A stretch of DNA of 64,000 nt from an uncultured Spirochaetota bacterium. GTDB lineage: Bacteria > Spirochaetota > Brevinematia > Brevinematales > JAOACQ01. The notes below the pieces were generated by a model, which was not told where the DNA came from, made no database searches, and saw only the letters and a list, made by a program, of their open reading frames with translations. Where the stretch lies: positions 1,472,001 through 1,536,000 of the forward strand of contig CAVYGN010000002.1 of assembly GCA_963768055.1 (NCBI GenBank), read 5' to 3'. Positions 19,802 through 29,330 of this stretch are shown here, piece by piece. Numbering within the stretch: position 1 is the first letter of the stretch; every line of letters begins with the position of its first letter. The translations under genes were made by a program, and so were the position numbers.

Positions 19802-21838
19802 ATGAAGTCTTTTATCGGCAGAAGAATATATCTCACATATTTTGTAATAGTACTGGCAATGACGGTTATTATTAGTTCATTTTATTATTTCATATCGTAT
19901 TATTTTATACAGAAAGGGATAGAAGACAGGCTTTCAGGCGCGCTTTATGCTGTGGCATCTATGGCCGAGATACCGACTGCGGAAGACCTTCAAGGGAATA
20001 ATAAGCAGAAGGAACTTGAGCTGCAGAATAAGATCGCACTTTATCAGAAACGTATAAAATTAGATAGTCTGAGTATAATTCTGCCTGCCGGGTCTGAATT
20101 TATCGAAGTAAAATCCAACAGCATCAGCATAGTCACGAACTTGAATGAAATATTCCGGAAGGCGCTGGAAACAAAAGGCATTATCGCCGAAAAGGACTAT
20201 CACCTTGAAAATAAAGTACTCATAAGAAATGCCTATCTTTCAATTCAAAACCCGGAGGGGAAAACCGGGGCTGTTATTGAAGCCGGCTACGACCTGAGCC
20301 ATTTCAGGCTTCAACAGGCCATTTTCCTGATAGCTGTGGTATTTTTCATCGGGATGGCCGGCTCGTTCGGCCTTATACTCAGACAACTCCTCGAAAGGAC
20401 GGTTATCAAACCTGTAATGGAACTAAGCAGGAGCACAACGCTTGTCGCAGATGGTGCGCTGGAGCATATCATCAAGATCAAGGCTAACAACGAAATCGGT
20501 GAATTGGCACTTAATTTCAACAGGATGACGCAGAATTTGAGGGACAGCATTGAAAAAATCGAGAGTTCGAATAAAAACCTTCTTACCCAGCTTCTGACCG
20601 ATCCGCTGACCAATATGCCAAACAGGAAGAAATTTATGGAAGACCTGGTGTTGTGTTCGAACCCGGTTGTTATTATATTTAACGTCGACTGTTTTCAGGA
20701 AATAAATGATTTTTACGGCACAGAAGTTGGGGACATGATCCTGAGAGAACTGGCGAAACGGCTTAAATTTATTAACCTGGGCATATCTTACAGACTATAC
20801 AAGATGCATGCAGACGAGTATACAATATTAATTGAAAGCGCAGCGAACTTAAAGGACCTTGATCATTGGGGTATCTACCTTTCGGAAGAGGTTATGGAAA
20901 GGCCGTTCATATATAAAGACACTGAAATTTATATAACAGTAAGCCTGGGTATAGGGACTGCCCAGAACGTACCGGCCGGTGAAAGCGGCCTTGAGATAGG
21001 CAGGAATGCTCTCAGGAATGCGGATATGGCCCTGAAAAGGGCCAAGGTTTCCAGAAAAAAATATGTTGTTTATCAGGAATTCATGGAAATAGTAAAAGAA
21101 TATGAAAACAACATTCAATGGACTAAGAAGCTTAAAAGCGCTATAAAAGATGACCGTATTGTCCCGTATTTTCAGCCGATCCTCAACAATCATACCGGCA
21201 AAATTGAAAAATATGAGTGTTTAATGAGGATGATTGACGATAACGGGAGCATAATAGCACCTCTTAATTTCCTTAATACTGCTAAAAAGGCAAGATTATA
21301 CAGATACCTTACTAAAATGATGCTTGAGAAATCATTTGATTTTTTCAAGAACAACGAATATGAATTTTCGCTTAATATATCGCTAGACGATATTATGGAT
21401 GAAAAAACTATAGGGTATCTATATGATCTGATCAAGACAAGCAAGGAATCATCCTGCCGGGCCGTATTCGAACTTCTTGAAACTGAAAACATTGAAAATT
21501 ACAAGGAAGTGATTGAATTCATTAATTATGTAAAACAATGCGGATGTAAAATAGCAATTGACGATTTCGGTACAGGCTATTCGAATTTCTCGCATCTGAT
21601 CCATATGCAGATAGATTATATAAAAATAGATTCTTCCCTTATTAAGAACATTAACAGGGATAAAAACTCACAGATAATAACCCGTACTATTGCGAGTTTT
21701 GCTAAGGACCTCGGCTTGAAGACAATTTCTGAATACGTTCATTCCAAAGAAGTCTATGAAAAATGCCTGGAAATCGGGATCGATTACTCACAGGGGTATT
21801 ATCTTGGAGAACCTAAAAAGGGATTAATAGAGACTTAA
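19802..21838 (+). CDS. Membrane HAMP-GGDEF(degenerate)-EAL protein, probable c-di-GMP phosphodiesterase
   Basis: Two TM segments, HAMP (NEIGELALNFNRM), GGDEF site replaced by HADEY, EAL domain with ECLMR and DDFGTGYS. Confidence 0.88.
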   Translation: MKSFIGRRIYLTYFVIVLAMTVIISSFYYFISYYFIQKGIEDRLSGALYAVASMAEIPTAEDLQGNNKQKELELQNKIALYQKRIKLDSLSIILPAGSEFIEVKSNSISIVTNLNEIFRKALETKGIIAEKDYHLENKVLIRNAYLSIQNPEGKTGAVIEAGYDLSHFRLQQAIFLIAVVFFIGMAGSFGLILRQLLERTVIKPVMELSRSTTLVADGALEHIIKIKANNEIGELALNFNRMTQNLRDSIEKIESSNKNLLTQLLTDPLTNMPNRKKFMEDLVLCSNPVVIIFNVDCFQEINDFYGTEVGDMILRELAKRLKFINLGISYRLYKMHADEYTILIESAANLKDLDHWGIYLSEEVMERPFIYKDTEIYITVSLGIGTAQNVPAGESGLEIGRNALRNADMALKRAKVSRKKYVVYQEFMEIVKEYENNIQWTKKLKSAIKDDRIVPYFQPILNNHTGKIEKYECLMRMIDDNGSIIAPLNFLNTAKKARLYRYLTKMMLEKSFDFFKNNEYEFSLNISLDDIMDEKTIGYLYDLIKTSKESSCRAVFELLETENIENYKEVIEFINYVKQCGCKIAIDDFGTGYSNFSHLIHMQIDYIKIDSSLIKNINRDKNSQIITRTIASFAKDLGLKTISEYVHSKEVYEKCLEIGIDYSQGYYLGEPKKGLIET

Positions 21839-22038
21839 GGGCACTTCTAATAGCCGCCTTTTCGCCGGACAAGCCGGTACAAGCAAGGCGGATAGGTAGT
21901 GCTTGCGTTTATACGCAAGTATAAATGCACCTGTCCTGGGGACTGGCACCAGTCCAGGCACCAGGGCCCATTGGGCGATTTAATTATATTTAGAAAGCAA
22001 ATTGTTAGTAAACTCGCTTGTTATTGGAACCTCCCTAA
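21835..22038. mobile_element. MITE-like repeat, copy C (with nested 65-bp insert)
   Basis: TTAA-GGGCACTTCTAATA ... TATTGGAACCTCC-CTAA ends; internal block identical to the one in copy E. Confidence 0.8.
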
Positions 22039-22620
22039 GAACTTTTTTGCGTATTTTGCGAAAATGTTTACCTCTATATTAATTTTATCTCCCTGCGTTT
22101 TATTTAAGAGTGACGTCTTATTCAATGTTTCCGGTATGGCGGAAACCTGGAAGCTGGATCCGTTTACATTAAAAATTGTCAGGCTTATTCCGTCGATCGC
22201 AGCCGAATCTTTTTCCACCATCCACTTTGTTAAAGAACTTTCAGCAGAAAATGTAAAACGGTAAGCTTCTCCTATTTTTTCCCGGGATAAAATCCTGCCT
22301 ACACCGTCGACATGTCCCTGAACCAGGTGACCGTCCATGAGACCCTGAAGCGATAGGGAACATTCCAGATTGACCCTGCCCCCCCGGCGTGCCGTACCCA
22401 TTGTAGTTCTTTCCAGCGTTTCAAAGCTGGAAAATACTGTAAAAGAATTCGATCCTGCTTCTTCGATAGTGTGGCATGCCCCGTCTATAGAAACGCTGGA
22501 GATTCCTTTGACCAGCCCGGCCAGGAATTCATGATCGGTTATAATTTTAAACCTTTTACCGTTGGAAAAGCTTTTAACCAGGGCTATTTCACCCGTGTAT
22601 TTAATAATACCGGTAAACAT
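22021..22620 (-). CDS. ribE: Riboflavin synthase (alpha chain)
   Basis: MFTGII start, SVSIDGACHT, DGHLVQGHVDG, AIDGISLT. Confidence 0.95.
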   Translation of the reverse strand: MFTGIIKYTGEIALVKSFSNGKRFKIITDHEFLAGLVKGISSVSIDGACHTIEEAGSNSFTVFSSFETLERTTMGTARRGGRVNLECSLSLQGLMDGHLVQGHVDGVGRILSREKIGEAYRFTFSAESSLTKWMVEKDSAAIDGISLTIFNVNGSSFQVSAIPETLNKTSLLNKTQGDKINIEVNIFAKYAKKFLGRFQ

Positions 22621-22635
22621 AATTTACTCCGCTCA

Positions 22636-23193
22636 TTATCTAACCCAATTTACTTTTACACTGGCGAATTCAATACTTTCAAATTCTTTACAGAACCTGG
22701 CCAGAATTGTCCTGGCGAAACCTTCCGTTTCCACCCCGAGTTCCTCAAGGCATGAGACTTCTACAGGCGCCCCTGTAGATTTAATATTTAAAGCGCTATG
22801 AATTAAAGTCGATATCGGGCTTGCAGTAGCGATTGAAACCGAAAGTTTTCTTTTATTGAAATAAAGATCATCCCCATTCCTTTCCACAAAAAGACCTTTC
22901 AGGTGCCCGTTCAATTCATCGCAAAGAATCGACATGAAGAGTCTTTGGAGGCAGATTGTCCCCGGAAGGTCCATATTGAAAATCTCAATTATGAAACTGA
23001 GCATTTTATCGGAGGAGATTCCGTCTTTTAATAAAATGTCTTCAATATCGACCATTTCCAAAAGATCGACATTAACAGGTCCTGAGAAAGATATAATGCT
23101 GTTTCCGGACAATCCGAAATTTTTATAAGCGAAATGAGATGTTAATTGAGTCCCATCGTATCTAATCTGTTTTTTGATTAATTTTGCCTTCAT
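22636..23193 (-). CDS. DUF366-family protein (biotin/lipoate ligase-like fold)
   Basis: YDGTQL, EMVDIED, LQRLF, R.GDDLY...RKLSVSIAT motifs, recognised from memory as DUF366/COG2029. Confidence 0.75.
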   Translation of the reverse strand: MKAKLIKKQIRYDGTQLTSHFAYKNFGLSGNSIISFSGPVNVDLLEMVDIEDILLKDGISSDKMLSFIIEIFNMDLPGTICLQRLFMSILCDELNGHLKGLFVERNGDDLYFNKRKLSVSIATASPISTLIHSALNIKSTGAPVEVSCLEELGVETEGFARTILARFCKEFESIEFASVKVNWVR

Positions 23194-23881
23194 TAAAACC
23201 CCAATGGTTTATACTTATGAATTTAGGCATAAAGTTGTTTTTATCAAGAGCCCTTTTTAACCTCTGACAGGATTCGCATAAGCCGCACATTTTGCTGCCG
23301 CCGCGGTAGCAGCTCCAGACAAATTCGAATGGGGCGTCAATGTCTATGCCCATTTTAACGATTTCTCTCTTTTTCATGTCGATCGTATAGCTTTTAACCT
23401 TCGGATGGTTCATCGTGGAATACCCGAAAGATTTATTGGTAATATCGATGAATTCACCGCTGTTATCCGGGAAGGTATGCCCCTCTTCCTCGTTAAATCC
23501 GGTAATGATAAGGTCTATATCGTATCTATCCGCATATGCCCCGGCAACGCTTAAAAACACCCCGTTTCTATTGGGGACCCAGACTGCTCGCGCGCTTTTA
23601 ATGGAATAGCCGGTATCATCAAGCCTCTTTTCGTTAAAATCAGGGATATTTCCCTTCGACAGGTTCGTTTCCATATCCGAGAGAAAAGGCAGAGGTATTA
23701 TATGGTGCAGAATTTTATATTTATCCGAGATTAATCGTGTCGCCTTTATCTCTTTAGACCTGCAGGCCTGGTTATAATCGAAGGTAAGTATCAATTCAAC
23801 TTCGGTATTCAGGTAAGCCTGTTTGAAGTTAACGACGGAGTCAAGCCCCCCGGATAAAAGCACAATGGATTTTTTCTTCAT
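23162..23881 (-). CDS. queC: 7-cyano-7-deazaguanine synthase
   Basis: SGGLDS PP-loop, VWVPNRNGVFL, FPDNS, WSCY..CGLCESC zinc site. Confidence 0.9.
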   Translation of the reverse strand: MKKKSIVLLSGGLDSVVNFKQAYLNTEVELILTFDYNQACRSKEIKATRLISDKYKILHHIIPLPFLSDMETNLSKGNIPDFNEKRLDDTGYSIKSARAVWVPNRNGVFLSVAGAYADRYDIDLIITGFNEEEGHTFPDNSGEFIDITNKSFGYSTMNHPKVKSYTIDMKKREIVKMGIDIDAPFEFVWSCYRGGSKMCGLCESCQRLKRALDKNNFMPKFISINHWGFNEGKINQKTD

Positions 23882-23943
23882 ACTGCCGCCTCTTGATTTA
23901 TTATACTATAAATCCGGAAAAATATCGAAAACTATCCATTACT

Positions 23944-24984
23944 TTATTGTGTTTTGATCGCCCCCTTTTCGACAAAAAAAACTTTATCTGTGTTTTTGAA
24001 TAAATCAAGGGAAGTGGTCGTAAAGAAAGTTTGAAAATTGACTGTTTTGTCAAGGAATTTAATTCTCGATCTTTCGTCGAGTTCTAGAAGCACATCGTCA
24101 AGAAGCAATATGGGGGCGGGTGTTTTTCCTGAAAAATAACCAAGAAGGGAAAGCTTTAACGCAAGGGCCAGAAGCCTGGTTTGCCCCTGAGAAGCGAAAG
24201 ATCTGGACTTTTTATCGAGTTTTCTGATCTCGAAATTGTCCCTGTGCGGACCGGCTACGGAACTTTTTTTATTATTTTCAAGTGTTTTATTTTCTTCCAG
24301 CGCCTTTATAAAAGACTGCCTGATGCCGCCTTCAATTTTAAAAGTATTGTAGTATTTTAATTCGACTTCATCCCCGTAAAATTCCGAATATATGGCCTTG
24401 ATTTTTGATCCGATATTATGCATGAAAATCAGCCTCTTTTCTATCAGGAGGCTTCCGTAACGGACAAAATCATCATCCCATATATAGACGTCCCTGGGTG
24501 AAAGTTTAAGTTGGGCGTTTCTCTGTCGCAGAACCCTCTGGAAAAGAAGCAGGGACTCTGCATAATCCGGGTCAAGGAGGCTAAGGGTCCTGTCCATGAA
24601 ACTTCTGCGCTCTTCGGGAGACCCCGAAACTATAGCAATATCTTCGGGAAGAAAGACTACAACAGGGCTCAGACGGATGAATTCGCCGTCCTTGACCAGG
24701 GTGCTGTTCTCCCTCAGTACTTTTTTTTGAAGGCTGTACCCGATTTCTTTTTTCTTGTTATCGAAAGACCCGCCGATATAAAAAGATGTTTTACCCCACT
24801 CTATAAGGTCTTCCATAGGAACCCTCCGGAAGGGTTTTCCCTGTGAAAGCGTAAAAACAGCTTCGAGAAAGTTCGTTTTACCGCTGCCGTTGTTTCCAAT
24901 AAGAACATTAAACTTTCCGAACCCGCTTAATTCAATCCTTTCATAATTACGGAAGTTAAGTATTTTTATAGCATTCAAACTCAT
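23944..24984 (-). CDS. recF: DNA replication and repair protein RecF
   Basis: NFRNY, GNNGSGKTN, GSPEERRSFMD, GPHRD, SQGQ, LLLDDVLLELD. Confidence 0.93.
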   Translation of the reverse strand: MSLNAIKILNFRNYERIELSGFGKFNVLIGNNGSGKTNFLEAVFTLSQGKPFRRVPMEDLIEWGKTSFYIGGSFDNKKKEIGYSLQKKVLRENSTLVKDGEFIRLSPVVVFLPEDIAIVSGSPEERRSFMDRTLSLLDPDYAESLLLFQRVLRQRNAQLKLSPRDVYIWDDDFVRYGSLLIEKRLIFMHNIGSKIKAIYSEFYGDEVELKYYNTFKIEGGIRQSFIKALEENKTLENNKKSSVAGPHRDNFEIRKLDKKSRSFASQGQTRLLALALKLSLLGYFSGKTPAPILLLDDVLLELDERSRIKFLDKTVNFQTFFTTTSLDLFKNTDKVFFVEKGAIKTQ

Positions 24985-25005
24985 CGATAATGGATATCCG
25001 GTCTC

Positions 25006-26412
25006 CTATTTTGCCGGCAGCGGAGGTATTTTCAATTCCTGTCCGGGGTAGATCAGGTCCGGATCCTGGATCTGGTACTTGTTCGCCCTCCAGATAATAG
25101 GCCACAACGAATACTGGTCGTTATACATGAAGCCCGATATCTTCCATAGACAATCGCGGTTTCCCGGCCTCAGTTTAACGGTGTAGATCTGGAATTGTTC
25201 CCTGGCAAGTAAAATATCCGACATTCTTGAAGCTTCATTTGCATAATCGATAGCATCCAGGTATTCTTCCTTATTATAGGAATCTTCCGCCAATTTTAAG
25301 TATTTTTCAACCATTTCCTGAGTAATATCTTCATCTTTCACCGGTGATATCAGATTTGTCTGATTTTGAGGAGAAGTAACACTCTGGCTTTCTGTATTAG
25401 TGGAAATTGAATTGGAATTTGAATCGGATGAAATATTCGAATTCGATATGTTATCAGGGCTCAAAACATCGTCGCCGATATAGATATAGGGTAATTCGAT
25501 ATAAGCGAATAAACTCAGGGAACTCCTGAGAAAACTGCCTTTCATCCTTGTTTTTAATTGGTCTAATTTTTTCTTGGCTGAATTTATTGCGTCGGATGCC
25601 TGCTTCTTCTCCTTTTCTATTTCCTTTTGTTTATCTATATCGACTGTTTGCATCATGTTTGTACTGCCTTTCACCGAACTTTGATATGCGCTTTCAGCCT
25701 TTTTTTCGGCGGCATCGATCAGAGACTCAGCCTCTTTGGCCTTCGATATAGTGTTATCGAGTTCGCCATTCGTAAGCGAAGTCCTCGCATCATCAATAAG
25801 CGGTTCTGCCGCTTTAAGATCGTCCATAGCGAATTGTTTGACTATTTCCTTGTCGGCCGCTTCATCGTACTGGTTCTGAGCCGTCGCCACCTCGTCTTTG
25901 GCCTTGTTTACCATACCGGAACTGTAGTCTGCAAGGTCCTTGACTTTAGGATACAGCAAACTCCCGTTAGAATATATTGAGTCGTAATCATGTTTATTAT
26001 AAATTTCCTTGAGATTAGCATAATCATTGGTAACTCCGCCATATTTATCAGGCTCAAGTTTGCCTGCGAAATTCTGGTCGGCCGTAGTCAGCATAGCGCC
26101 GCATTTCTGGAAAATGTCCTCCGCCCTCGCAGTCCTTGCACTTTCGTAAGACTTGTCGGCGGCATTTTTGGACATTACAGCCTTGTCATGCGCTTCCTGA
26201 TTTTTCTTCGCATCAAGGAGATTATTGGCCTGATTCAAATCTTCCTGGGCTTCCATGTAATCCTGCGCAGCGTAAACAGGTGCGTCAACTGTTTTGGCTC
26301 TTTCCAGGGCGGTTTTTGCGTCCTCTATCTCTTTTGTCGGGACAGCAGGCCCGCAGGAGTAAAGGATAAAAATAAGAAAACTCGCTCCGATAATTAAACT
26401 GATATTTTTCAT
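25006..26412 (-). CDS. LipL71-like lipoprotein with DUF4398-like helical N-terminus and C-terminal LysM
   Basis: Lipobox LYSC, Ala-rich coiled coils, RDCLWKISG...WPIIWRAN..IQDPDLIYPGQELKIP. GGGAGG RBS before ATG 26412. Confidence 0.85.
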   Translation of the reverse strand: MKNISLIIGASFLIFILYSCGPAVPTKEIEDAKTALERAKTVDAPVYAAQDYMEAQEDLNQANNLLDAKKNQEAHDKAVMSKNAADKSYESARTARAEDIFQKCGAMLTTADQNFAGKLEPDKYGGVTNDYANLKEIYNKHDYDSIYSNGSLLYPKVKDLADYSSGMVNKAKDEVATAQNQYDEAADKEIVKQFAMDDLKAAEPLIDDARTSLTNGELDNTISKAKEAESLIDAAEKKAESAYQSSVKGSTNMMQTVDIDKQKEIEKEKKQASDAINSAKKKLDQLKTRMKGSFLRSSLSLFAYIELPYIYIGDDVLSPDNISNSNISSDSNSNSISTNTESQSVTSPQNQTNLISPVKDEDITQEMVEKYLKLAEDSYNKEEYLDAIDYANEASRMSDILLAREQFQIYTVKLRPGNRDCLWKISGFMYNDQYSLWPIIWRANKYQIQDPDLIYPGQELKIPPLPAK

Positions 26413-26448
26413 ATTGACCTCCCTCAAGGGATAATTTTTAACCGATTA

Positions 26449-26652
26449 TCATAATTTATTATTCTGTCTGGCATCTTCAAGGGCATCTATAATTTCCTGA
26501 AGAGTATATTTTCTAAAATTCAGTGGGATTGTTTTAATATAATCAAGAATCATCGAGGGCTTTACCAGGTCCTTTATAATGCCGGGAAGTCCGCCTAAAG
26601 AATTCTTCATTAAGGTCAATAACGATTCCTTATCCGCGGATGATAAAGCCAT
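26449..26652 (-). CDS. Small hypothetical protein
   Basis: 67-aa ORF with GGGGG RBS, in an operon between glgA and the LysM gene. Confidence 0.6.
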   Translation of the reverse strand: MALSSADKESLLTLMKNSLGGLPGIIKDLVKPSMILDYIKTIPLNFRKYTLQEIIDALEDARQNNKL

Positions 26653-26677
26653 GACTATTCCCCCCTAATTTCAAGCA

Positions 26678-28156
26678 TCAACTTAGCATATTCTTATAGA
26701 GTTCGCAGTATTTTTTAGCCGCCTTTTCCCAGGACCAGTCGTCTTTCATTGCGTTTTCGATCATTACAGCCCATTTTTCAGGTTCATTTTTGTATGTATT
26801 GATCGCTTTATTAAGAGTGCTGAGGAATTCATCGGGGCTGTATGATGAAAAGACAAAGCCGGTTTTACCGTCCCTTACGGTATCGGCAAGACCTCCAGTA
26901 TTTCTCACAACCGGTATGGTGCCGTATTTAAGGCTATAGAGCTGGTTAAGACCGCATGGTTCGAATCTTGAAGGCATCAGGAAAATATCCGCCGCTGATT
27001 CAATATAATGGGAAAGAGGAATATTGAAATCAATAAATACAGCCGTTTGTTTCGGGTACCTTTCCTCTATACTTTTAAGTCTTTCCTCATACTCGTTCTT
27101 GCCGGTACCCAATATAGTAAAATATACACCCGTTTTTAAAATATCATCGATGATCTCAAAAATAAGATCAAAACCCTTCTGGTCGACTAATCTTGAGACC
27201 ATGCCAAGGAGCGGTACATCAGGATTTGCATCCGCCAGGCCGCTGTCTCTCAAGAACATTCCCTTTATCTTCTTTTTGTCGCCGATCGTATTTATATTGT
27301 AGGTAATATTATATTTATTTTTGAGATGAATGTCGCTATCCGGATTCCATTCCTTGTAATCGGCTCCGTTTACAATACCTATTAATTTATTCTGGGAGAA
27401 TTTAATCTTGAGGATGCCTTCAAGGCCATTGCCGAACTCCGACGTCTGAATTTCATGAGCATAAGTTTCGCTGACTGTGACGATCATGTCGGAAAAAACT
27501 ATACCGCCCTTTAACAGGTTGAGATGCCCGTAATACTCAAGTTCGTTGACGGAAAAGTATTTCCAGTCAAGGCCTGTGATAGTGAACTGTTCGACCGGGA
27601 ATATTCCCTGGTAAGACAGGTTATGGATAGAATATACGGAGTAAGTATTTTTAAAAAATGAATCAAGCTTATACAGGGTTTTCAGATAGACTGGAACCAG
27701 ACCGGTCTGCCAATCATTGCATTGAATGATATCCGGTTTGAAATCACAGGCCTTAGCGCACTCAAGGACCGCTTTACAAAAGAATACGAAACGCTCCAGA
27801 CTGTCGCTATAATCTGTACGCGTCTTACCGTCCATATATATGCCGTCGCGCTTGAAATAAAACGGGTTATCGATGAAATAGTAGATAACTCCGTCATAAA
27901 TAATCTGGTCCACGCTGCCTTTAATATCATTGTCTTCGACCTGAACGGAAACTGCGGTGGTTTTTTCGATTTTGATATTATTCTTATCCAAATAATCATA
28001 TACGACGGTATATTTGGGAATAATTATCCTGACTTCCACGCCGTTCTTACTGATCTCGTTTCCGAGCGCACCGACTACATCAGCTAATCCGCCTACCTTG
28101 GCAAATGGAACGGCTTCACTGGATACCATTAAAACCTTGATTTTTTCATTTGGCAT
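26678..28156 (-). CDS. glgA: Glycogen synthase
   Basis: PFAKVGGLADV, CNDWQTG, IHNLSYQG, MPSRFEPCGLNQL. GGAGG RBS before ATG 28156. Confidence 0.96.
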   Translation of the reverse strand: MPNEKIKVLMVSSEAVPFAKVGGLADVVGALGNEISKNGVEVRIIIPKYTVVYDYLDKNNIKIEKTTAVSVQVEDNDIKGSVDQIIYDGVIYYFIDNPFYFKRDGIYMDGKTRTDYSDSLERFVFFCKAVLECAKACDFKPDIIQCNDWQTGLVPVYLKTLYKLDSFFKNTYSVYSIHNLSYQGIFPVEQFTITGLDWKYFSVNELEYYGHLNLLKGGIVFSDMIVTVSETYAHEIQTSEFGNGLEGILKIKFSQNKLIGIVNGADYKEWNPDSDIHLKNKYNITYNINTIGDKKKIKGMFLRDSGLADANPDVPLLGMVSRLVDQKGFDLIFEIIDDILKTGVYFTILGTGKNEYEERLKSIEERYPKQTAVFIDFNIPLSHYIESAADIFLMPSRFEPCGLNQLYSLKYGTIPVVRNTGGLADTVRDGKTGFVFSSYSPDEFLSTLNKAINTYKNEPEKWAVMIENAMKDDWSWEKAAKKYCELYKNMLS

Positions 28157-28312
28157 TACGAGCCTCCGACAATCGATAAATAAGCAGTTCCAATACTTAT
28201 TTATCAAAAGCCCCTCAGAAAGTTGAACTTGAAATTAACAAGGTTATTTAACTAAATACGAGTTTTACAATCAATAGCTTAAAGGAAATATCTGAAAAGT
28301 CAAGTTATAAGT

Positions 28313-28356
28313 AACGAATTACGAATGTCGAAGTGCGAGGTGCGAAGTTTGAAGTT
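28313..28356. repeat. Degenerate heptamer tandem repeat (CGAAGTG-like)
   Basis: ACGAATT ACGAATG TCGAAGT GCGAGGT GCGAAGT TTGAAGT. Confidence 0.6.
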
Positions 28357-28430
28357 TGTCATTTCGAGCGAAGCGTTTATCCTGTGGAAGAAATCCTCCA
28401 CAGAGTAGGGGCGGGGTCCTCGAAATGACA
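28357..28430. repeat. REP-like palindromic element (TGTCATTTCGAG...CTCGAAATGACA)
   Basis: Perfect 12-bp terminal IR with an inner CTGTGGA/TCCACAG hairpin. Half copies at 58821 and 63350. Confidence 0.75.
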
Positions 28431-28571
28431 TAGTTAGCTAAATTACCCCAAATATACTGTGGTTTCATCTCGTAAGATTGATATAACTAAACAAAAACAT
28501 TAAAATAATAGAAACGTAATCATAAAAAGTGACTTAGAGATTATAGCGTCTCCATGTTAAAAGGAAACTTT

Positions 28572-29303
28572 ATGAAATTCTTTATCATAAGCGACATTCA
28601 TTCGAATTATGATGCCCTTATGTCTTTTATGGAGTTTATTAAACCGAACTATGAACCTGGCGATGTAATGGCCTGCCTGGGCGATATCATCGGCTATGGG
28701 CCGAACCCTTCGGAATGTATCTCTTTTGTAAGGGAGAAATGCGATTATATTATATCGGGCAACCATGAAAGGATGCTCCTGGATAAGCAAATGAGGGAAT
28801 TCGCTAATGATAGAGCCCAGAGGGCAATAGAATGGACGGACAGAAAACTCAGCAATGAAGATAAATCCTTCCTTGCCGCACTTCCTTCAATGATAGATGT
28901 TGAAGGCAGAATGCTCCTTGCCCATGGTTCTCCGGGCGATCCTGACGCTTATATATTGAGGCATTCGCAGGCGCTTTCGGCAATATCAACGCTCAGAACT
29001 ATGAAGCGTTTTATTTGTTTTTTCGGGCATTCTCATTTGCCAGGGATCATTGATGAAAACGGGGCTTTTGATTATAAAGCCGAAAAGAAAGTCATTCTCC
29101 AGCCGTCTCACTATTATCTTATAAATCCGGGAAGTATAGGGCAGCCGAGGGACAGGGACAGCAGGGGCTCATTCTGCATTCTTGACGAGGATATGGGCCT
29201 TACATTCTTCAGGTTCACTTACGACATCGACAGGGTCTATGAAAAGATAAAAGAAGAGGGGATTCCGTCAGAACTGGGGGAAAGGCTCTATTACGGGGTG
29301 TAA
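28572..29303 (+). CDS. Calcineurin-like metallophosphoesterase
   Basis: SDIHSN, LGDIIGYGP, GNHE, AHGSP, GHSH, NPGSIGQPRD. Confidence 0.92.
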   Translation: MKFFIISDIHSNYDALMSFMEFIKPNYEPGDVMACLGDIIGYGPNPSECISFVREKCDYIISGNHERMLLDKQMREFANDRAQRAIEWTDRKLSNEDKSFLAALPSMIDVEGRMLLAHGSPGDPDAYILRHSQALSAISTLRTMKRFICFFGHSHLPGIIDENGAFDYKAEKKVILQPSHYYLINPGSIGQPRDRDSRGSFCILDEDMGLTFFRFTYDIDRVYEKIKEEGIPSELGERLYYGV

Positions 29304-29330
29304 GGGGTAAAATATTTTAAGGAGCATATC

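Noticed and set aside
21899..22264. 121-aa plus-strand ORF starting in the MITE
   Set aside because: Made of repeat sequence plus the antisense strand of ribE; no coding evidence.
23162..23881. queC as part of a QatABCD or Dpd defence system
   Set aside because: No qatA/B/D, dpdA or other defence genes adjacent; the protein is canonical in length and sits in a housekeeping context.
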